Of a stretch of DNA of 64,000 nucleotides, positions 51,600-64,000 are shown one piece after another (position 1 is the stretch's first letter; every line of letters starts with the position of its first letter). Under the pieces are notes generated by a model. It was not told the DNA's origin, did no database searches, and worked only from the letters and a program-made list of their open reading frames with translations. The position numbers were made by a program, and so were the translations under genes. The stretch is from the human T2T-CHM13v2.0 reference genome, Homo sapiens, in NCBI RefSeq assembly GCF_009914755.1, contig NC_060937.1; one strand, written 5' to 3'.

Positions 51600-52200
51600 A
51601 ATTTTAACAGATAAAAGTATGTATTTAGTGCACAATATGATGTTTTGACATATATCTACATTGTGAAATAAGTGAATCTAGCTAATTAACATATACATTA
51701 TCTCACAGTTTTCAGTTTTTTGATGAGAACATTTTACATCTCTCAGCATTTTCAAGAATGCAATATATTAAATATGATGGATTGCTTAAAGTAATTCCTC
51801 TTATCTAAATAAACCTATTCATATGTAAAATTTTGTTATCTTTTAACCAACATCTTCTAAACCTTCCCCTGCTACCCTACCTTCCACCCCAGCTCCTGAT
51901 AACCACCATTCTACTGTCTAATTCTATGAGTTCAGTTTTCTTTGGTTTCACATATGAGTGAGATCACGTGGTATTTACCTTTTTATGCCTGGCTTATTTC
52001 ACTTACTCAATGTCCTCCAAGTCAATCCATGTTGCAAATGACAGAATTCCCTGTCTTTTAATAATTAAACAGTATTCCATTGTAGTTTTACAGTTTTATA
52101 ATAGTATTTCATATATATACATGTCACATTTTTTATCCATTCTTCTACTAGTGCGCACTTAGGTGGATTCCATACCGTGATTATTGTGAATAATTCTGCT
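51600..52200 (-). mobile_element. L1MA6/7-like 3' fragment
   Basis: 'acaatatgatgttttga', 'tctagctaattaacatat', 'tctcagcattttcaagaat', 'acttaggtggattccata'. Confidence 0.85.
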
Positions 52201-54332
52201 TGCAAATTCAAACAGTTAAAATTTCCTTATTCACATGGCCAAACTACTGCTAAAATCCAATTTTTGTAACATTCATTTTTATTTTAAAATGTCCACTTTC
52301 CACTGCATGTTTGTATGCTGAATTACATAATCTGTAACAAATAATTTGAGCATCTGTTGCACCTTGCTCTACTCACTGAATACTTGGCCTCCTTGTATCA
52401 ATTTTCTCTAGTCATTGGCCTCAAATAATTATTTCTTTTGGACTCTTAAATACTAGGGGAAAATGTCTGTCTTTTTTTTGTGTGTTTGATAAAAATAAGT
52501 CTAAGCAAAGCTCAAGTTAAAATAGTGAAGTTTTTGTCTGATATGGTCTTTGAATGTGTTACCATTTCAAATAATCCTAGTTTCTGACTCCAAGTTATTG
52601 GATAAGTGGACAAAACAATAGTATTAAGTGGGTTGAATCAGAAATTTATATATTTTTTCAATTTAATGTAAAAAAAGTAAATTTTCACACTTTTAAATCC
52701 TATTTGATATGCTGTGAGTTATGTTTACACAATGCAAATACAAACAAAGGTAATACAAAATTTTGGTCATTAAAGCTATCTACTGTCAAAATGATTCCAA
52801 ATATATTTTGAAAAATAAACATAAAGGTAACCAAATACATTCTTCATAGCTACTTGTTTTATGGTCTTGGAGTCTGTTAAAACTGATTTAGATAAAATTA
52901 TTTATTAGAGATTTAAACTCATTCCACTACCAAATAGCCAGTTTTAATTATATTTTTCAATTCATTGTATATAAGCTTTCAAATTTATTCAAAATAAAGT
53001 GACTTTTGATATTTTTAAGATATTCAACACAGATGCCACTTTTAATTATTGACTTATCCTGTTATGGCTAATTAAATATGCAATACAATGTTATGAAAAT
53101 AAGTTAATACCTACTCTAAGACAATAATATATATTGCGTGCTGGCATTAGACATAACAAAATAGATAAATGATTTAAAATTTTATTTAAGTGTTGAACAT
53201 TTCAAAAAATTTCAAAAGACTATTAAGGTGATTTTTCTGTCACAAAAAAAAGTGAATCTAAAATAATCTCAACGAAGCTCTCAATTTGTGTAAGGCTTTT
53301 TTCTCCCTCTGAAAGAAAAATACCTTTCTATTTTCTCGACTTAATTTGATTTCCAACTGAAAATTTATTATGTTCCTATGTCCTTCTGATTTTTTATTTT
53401 TATTAGAGATCATTATACTACTGGGAAATTATCATGTCTCAGAGACAATGTAAGCAGGGTCTTCTCAACCTTGATTACATTTCATTGTGTTTTTAAATTA
53501 ATGTCTGTACACTGAGATCAATTAATATTTTTTAAGAAAATACTTTCTGCACAACAAATTACATTTAAATTGTGTGCAGTTCATTGTCATAAAGTGTAAT
53601 TTAGGAAAATTTTTATCACTTCTTGGTTGTGATGAAAGGAAAAGTCTGATAAATATTAGCCCCTACAAATGATAAGAACATAAGAAATGAAAGTTCTCTT
53701 TAAGGTGTTTAAATGTTTTAGAATGGATTTTATTTCCTGAGGATTTATGTGATAACATAAACTAAGGCAAGATGCTTAAATAATAATGGGGAAAATAATA
53801 GTGTGCATGGGTGAGTTGAGTATCTGGAACATTTTGCATGATGACTAGCATAACTTTCTCTCAAGCAGTAATATCTCTAACACAAAATTCAGAGGTTTTT
53901 TTTCAGATGGATAAAATCAAGTATGAACATATATTTTTCATACATTGAATTAGAGAATGAAACACTGTTGAAATGAAATCATTTTCCTTAGTTATGCCTG
54001 AGTTTAAACTGGGAAACAATCTTTGTCCCTTTTATCCAATGAGCAGGTGTTTCAAACAAATTTGGAGAGTTATAAACAACGTGAAGAAAATAACACTTTA
54101 GCTTTTCACACACCAGTCATCTTCATCATTGAATCCCAAGTTAAAGTTCTGAAAACAGTTTTGAAAAATGCTTTTTCCTTTGGCCACAGGAATAGCTACT
54201 GAGAGCAACCCTGAGGATGATACTGGATGACAGTCTTCGTAAAATCACTTGAAATATTAGTTCAGTTTAGCCTTGGGTTGGCTTCCACTTAAAACTCCAT
54301 GTTAAGGAAAAATAGCACCTCTTTCTAATATT

Positions 54333-54336
<4 letters not shown>

Positions 54337-54372
<36 letters not shown>
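54337..54372. repeat. (CA)18 microsatellite
   Basis: Perfect CA run. Confidence 0.97.
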
Positions 54373-54374
<2 letters not shown>

Positions 54375-56147
54375 TGTACATAAAACTGCAACATACTTTC
54401 TGCAACTGACATAGAACACTCCATGTTATCACTGGCACCATAGTTTATAAAGGGAAAATATTGTCTGGGTCATTGGAGACATTTAAAATTTCAGTCTTTT
54501 GGGGAGAGCTTTTTAAAATCCTGCTTCTACATTCAGTATTTGTTAGTTATGTTTTTATTCAGAACTAGGTTCTCTGGTAGTTTGCACATTTTGTAGCTTC
54601 CCAGCACAAACACAAAAACGTTGTAAGTTCTTTATGACTAATCTAATATATAGTCTAGACACATATTGCTGTGTTTAATAAGGACATGATGTAGAAAACA
54701 TAAGTATATGAGTACTGAATTTGACTAAACTGTATTGTTACATCAGATGTCAATGGTATTAATGGATAAATGTCAACATGTTATTAAGTGGAAATATTGG
54801 GTATATATACATTTATTAGGGGATTGATCTCAAATCTCTGTATCATGATGTTTAATACTGCACTCGAAAAAATTGAAATTTTAGAAAAAACTATAAGAAT
54901 TTAGGAGACATAACCATGTAAAATGTTATGTTATGCTGAGGGAACATGGCCGACAAGAAGCAGTTAGTGTGAGTCATTCTCATGGCAAGAAAGAAAAGTG
55001 ATGAGTGAATATACCCTCAGCTGAAACATTCAGGTGCACTCATTTGGATTAGTCAAGGAAATAGCAGAGAATGGATAGGAGCAAAACAGGATGACCGTCC
55101 ACCTGAGAGCAACAAGGAACCAGGGGAGGCTCCTCAACCCAGGGAAATGGTGAGTGAGTGGGAGACCCTGGGGTCCCACACTTCTTCCATGGATCTTTGT
55201 CACCTTGGGGTCAGGAGATCCCCTGTGAACCCATTTCACCAGAGCCTTCAGTCTGACATGCAGAGATACATGGTATCTTAGCAGAGCTGCTTCTCAGACA
55301 CATGCAGAATCCTAGAAGCAGTGGATCCCTGGGCATCCAGGCAATAAGTAGCTGGAGCTCTGGCAAAGGGGGATATTAGCCTTCCTTATCTTACCCCAAA
55401 AAGGGGCTGAGTGAGGGGGCTAGGCAGCAATGGTATGCAGGCTTCACTTGCATGACATCTTACAAAGTCCAAGACCCACTGACCTGGGATTCTAGCGGCC
55501 CCCCACAGTGTTCTCAAGCCTTCACCCACTCTGCACTTCCCTGAGATGGAGCTCACAGAGGGAGGGGTGGGCTGTAATCTTTTCCATTCCGCAGCCTTCG
55601 TCTTTGCTGTCTCCAGGCTCTGGAGAGTCTCAAGGGGAAGGGGGGGCTGGTGTGGACCCCTAGCACAGTACAGCCGCCACACACAAAAAAGCGATGGGAA
55701 TGTCCTCCACAGAGGTCCCAGACTTTACTTCTCCTTACTGGGCAGAGCCTCTTGACCTGGGACTCCAGCATAACCACCACACCCCCTACCTGATCACCTA
55801 AATCAGAGGTAGCTCAACATTTCTCTGAGGAGGAAATCCCAGAGTCAACCCACAGCCTCTCCATTATTGCAGCTGCAGTGGTAACACCCTAACCACCCTC
55901 CAGCTGAGGAAGGAACAAAGGCTTAGTCACTACACAGGCATCTTCAGCACAGAGCACACAACGTACTGTGGGGAGCCCAGTCCTTCTATCCTGGGAAACC
56001 CCACCCAAAACATTCAACTAGGCAGGACCCCCAGCTCAGGACTGCAGAACAGAAGCCCCACAGACTGAGCATACCCACTGGTAGTGACTCTGAGTTTCAC
56101 TGGGGAGAGGCTCCCAGAGGAAACAACAGCCCCTCTGCCACTGCCAC

Positions 56148-56668
56148 TGAGAGGTGAAGCCAGCTGGACTTCCTGGGTCAGGTGGGGACTTGGAGAATTT
56201 TCTGTGTCTAGCTAAAGGATTGTAAATGCACCAATCAGCACTCTGAAAAATGGACCAATCAGTGCTCTGTAAAATGGACCAATCAGCAGCACATGGTTGG
56301 GGCCAAATAAGGGAATAAAAACTGGCCATCCCAGCCAGCAGCCGCAACCCACTGGGGTCCCCTTCCACGCTGTGGAAGCTTTGTTCTTTCGCTCTTCACA
56401 ATAATTCTTGCTGCTGCTCACTCTTTGGGTCTGCACCACCTTTAAGAGCTGTAACGCTCACCGCAAAGGTCTGCGGCTTCACTCCTGAAGTCAGCGAGAC
56501 TACGAACCCACCGGAAGGAAGAAACTTCGGACACATCTGAACATCTGAAGGAACAAACTCCAGACACACCATCTTTAAGAGCTGTAACACTCACTGCAAA
56601 GGTCTACGGTTTCATTATTGAAGTCAGCGAGACCAAGAATGCATCAGAAGGAATAAATTCTGGACACA
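56148..56668 (+). mobile_element. LTR12F-like (ERV9) solo LTR
   Basis: Starts 'tgagaggtgaagccagctggacttcctgggtc', has three CCAAT boxes, ends 'ctggacaca'; 521 bp; 4-bp TSD CCAC at 56144-56147 and 56669-56672. Confidence 0.93.
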
Positions 56669-57659
56669 CCACAACAGTGGTTCCACTCCTGTTGCCCTTG
56701 GTCTGGGGAAGAAACAAAATTTGAGGGCTACACCAGAGCTTACAGTATGCCATCATCACCGTAAGAGAGATCAGTCTGTCCTATCTGTGAGCTCTTCATC
56801 CATGCTCCACAACAAGTGGAACCCCCAGCTCATGCTAGCAGTGCAGCTGCCTCACCCGCTGGCTGAACACTCCCTGTAGCAGTATCTTTGTGTCTGTCAG
56901 AGGTGGAGCTCCCAGGGCAACCAAAAGCCCCTCCATCACTGCCTCTGCTTTTCTTAGACTGGAGAAGGAACAAAGACCCTAAGTTATTTATCCAGACCTC
57001 CAGCAAGCTGCAGTAACCCTAAGGAGAGGAGGCCAGTCTGTCTTCCACAGGTCCCAACCACTCCCCCTGCTTGGCACCAGGCAAGGTGCCCTCGCTAAGC
57101 CCCCACAGCTTGGGCCCAGAGTACAGCCCCTTATACTGGGCCAATGGGGCTGTTTGGTGACAGCTCTGCATGTCTCTGGGGTGGAGCCCCAGGAGAAAAG
57201 TGAAAGACCCTTGCCCACAAGCACTGCTAAGTTCCCTTTCTCTGGTACTTGCAAGTTGGGAAGAGAACATAAACCTTGAGATTGCCCCAGGGCTGTGGTG
57301 GGCAGACTGGGAGTGCCAAGCCATGAAATGCAGTTAACACTCAAATGTTAAAGGAGCACATACTTTCAGTGCATTGAGAGGGAGCATGGCTGCAACTGTA
57401 AGGAAACACAGAGGAGCCATGTGGTTGAGCAAGAGTCTACCTACTCTACATTATGGTTAAGTGCTATTTACTGGATCATATTCCAAAATTTAAATGTCAA
57501 AAATACTTTACTACCATACCACACTGTGAAACCAAATACAAGGAGTCAGCTACACATAAAGACTTTTCACAGAGCTTCAGCCCTCTGGAAACATCCAAAA
57601 AAAAAGAATTCAACTGACTGTACTCAACCTACACCACAGCTAAAGGAACACCCACAGAG

Positions 57660-58695
57660 ATGAGAAAGAACCAGCATAAGAACTCTGGCAACTTAAATGG
57701 TCAGAGTGTCTTCTGTCCTCCTAATGACCAAACTAGCCATCTCAGCCTAGTTAAGGATTCTTATTCTCCACCAAATGTCCTTAACTAGGCTGAAATGCCA
57801 GATATAAAATCAGAATATGGAAAGAAACAAAGATAATGGAGATACAGGAGAATGTCAAACCCCAATTTAAGGAAGCTAAGAATCACAATAAAATGACAGA
57901 AGAGCTGACAGATGAAATAGATAGTATAAAGAAGAACCTAACTGACCTGGTAGAGTTGAAAAACACACTATAAGATTTTTATACTGTAATCACAAGTATT
58001 AACATTAGAATTGACCAAGCTGAGGAAAGAATCTCAGAGCTTGATGACTGGATCTTTAAAATAAGACAATCAAACAAAAAATAAGAAAAAATAAAAGGAA
58101 TGAACAAAATGACATCATTATGTAAAGAAACTTGTGATTATATAAAGAGACCCAATCCATGAATCACTGGTGTCCCTGAAAGAGAAAAAGAGAAAGCAAG
58201 CAACATGGAAAACATATTTCAGGACATCATTAATGAAAACCTGCCTAACCTCACTAGAGAGGCCAATATTCACATTCTGGAAATCCAGACAACCCTTGAA
58301 AAATACTACGCAAGATGATCATCCCAAAGACACATAATCATCAGATTTTCTAAGATCAAAATGAAAGAAAAAATATTAAAGACAGAGAGAAATGGGAAGT
58401 CACCTACAAAGGGAACCCCAAAAAGCTAACAGCAGACCTTCAGCAGAACTCTATAAGCCATAAGAAATTGGGGACCCATATTCAATATTTTCAAGGAAAA
58501 AAAACCTCTAACCAAGAATTTCATATCCAACCAATTCAAGCTTCATTAGTGAAGGAGAAATAAGATCTTTTTCAGACAAACAAGTGCTTAGGGACTTTGT
58601 TACCACCAGACCTGCCTTACAAGAGCTTCTGAAAAGACCACTAAATACGAAAAGGAAAAATGGTTACCAGCCAATACAAAAACACTCAAGTACAC
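57660..58695 (+). pseudogene. L1 ORF1p remnant
   Basis: Starts MRKNQHKNSGN; 'gaccaagctgaggaaagaatctcagagcttga', 'gtcacctacaaagggaacccc', 'ttaccaccagacctgccttacaagag'; disrupted. Confidence 0.85.
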
Positions 58696-58754
58696 AGATC
58701 AATGACAATATAAACAACCACACAAACAAGCCTGCATAACAATCAGTGAATAAC

Positions 58755-62860
<4,106 letters not shown>

Positions 62861-64000
62861 TGGGAGCTAAATAATGAGAACCAATGGGCATGAAAAAGGA
62901 AACAGCCAACACTGAGACCTATTTGAGGGAGGGGATTGGGAGCAGGGAGAGGATCAGGAAACTTACTATTGGGTACTATGCTTAGTACCTTGGTGACAAA
63001 ACGTTCTGTATAACAAACCGCCATAACATGAGTTTGCTTGTATTAATAAACCTGCACATGTACCTCTGAACCTAAAATAAAAGCTGAAAAAAAAATTGAG
63101 TCACAGATCCTAGGTTAAGAAAAACAAAAAAATAGTTATGTTAAAAATACAAAAATAAAAACAATATTGCTTTTTGTAGATATAAATACTGAAAAAACAA
63201 ATATTTTAAATGCAGCATTTTTTTTTTTTTTGGTTAGATGGTTACTAAGGCAAAAAGTACAAAATGCAGATAAAAAGACCTTAGCGTGAATCACAGATCT
63301 GCACTAAAACATTCATATAAAACTTAGCAATTTAATTAACTCCCGTGTACTTCAATATTATTATTTTAAATGGTAATGAGAATTCAGACTTCAAACATTT
63401 ATTGTGAGAAGTTTATGAGTTAATGCAAGAGAAGAATTTCTGGTGGCTAATGAACATGCAAAAGCAAATGTTTTTCACCTTACAAATATATAATGTTGCC
63501 TTAACAGTACTTTTTATAAAAAAAATTTAATAAGTATATGTAAAAATCATAAAATTAAATTAAATTGAAGAGATTTAAAATAAGTGTATGTATGAATAAT
63601 TAAGAGTAGATTATTAAAATGCAAACCAGAAAAAATAGTTGCTTTATTTTTACTCAATTTTTATGTAACTTCTTCCCATATCATTTTGTATGTAGGTGTT
63701 AAAAAAAGACTAGTACAATTGTATAATTCTCCCAACATTAATTTTCAAATATTACCTGTAACATAAATTATTTACTATAAAATATTGTATCTACAACTTC
63801 AATGTTTAAGTTTTTTATTTGTAGTTTCCCTCTTGAAAAGAAATCTGTATATATTCGGTGCAGTTTTAGAAATACATATCAAATCTTGAATTAGATAACA
63901 TTTGGCTTTTTCACTATTCCAACTCTTTCTCATAGACATTATTATATTGGTTATATTATGTATACGACAATTTGAATAAAAATAACGAAGTGGGAAAAAT

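Overview
AT-rich primate (probably human) genomic DNA made up largely of interspersed repeats. I find no credible protein-coding gene, RNA gene or CRISPR array. The ORF-track entries are fragments of L1 ORF2, Alu, MaLR-internal, LTR12 or MER52 sequence, or short chance ORFs. Main content: a nested MLT1D>MSTB>LTR12E stack plus an AluY (0.97-3.4 kb), a hAT-Blackjack transposase fossil, three full-length MaLR elements (THE1B +, MSTA -, THE1B -), a full-length HSMAR2 mariner, a MER52 LTR carrying an LTR30, many L1 fragments, and a full-length L1PA14/15-like element carrying an LTR12F and an Alu. Family names come from recalled consensus sequences, so subfamily calls need RepeatMasker/Dfam confirmation. 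I cannot support a new biological system. The best leads are a locally templated L1 copy inside MER52, a strong recursive-splice-type AG|GTAAGA site in unique DNA, a CpG-rich LTR12E promoter with a lost poly(A) signal and a TSD-derived splice donor, an L1 whose 5'UTR is fused to its 3' end at an acceptor-like AG, and several micro-rearrangements.
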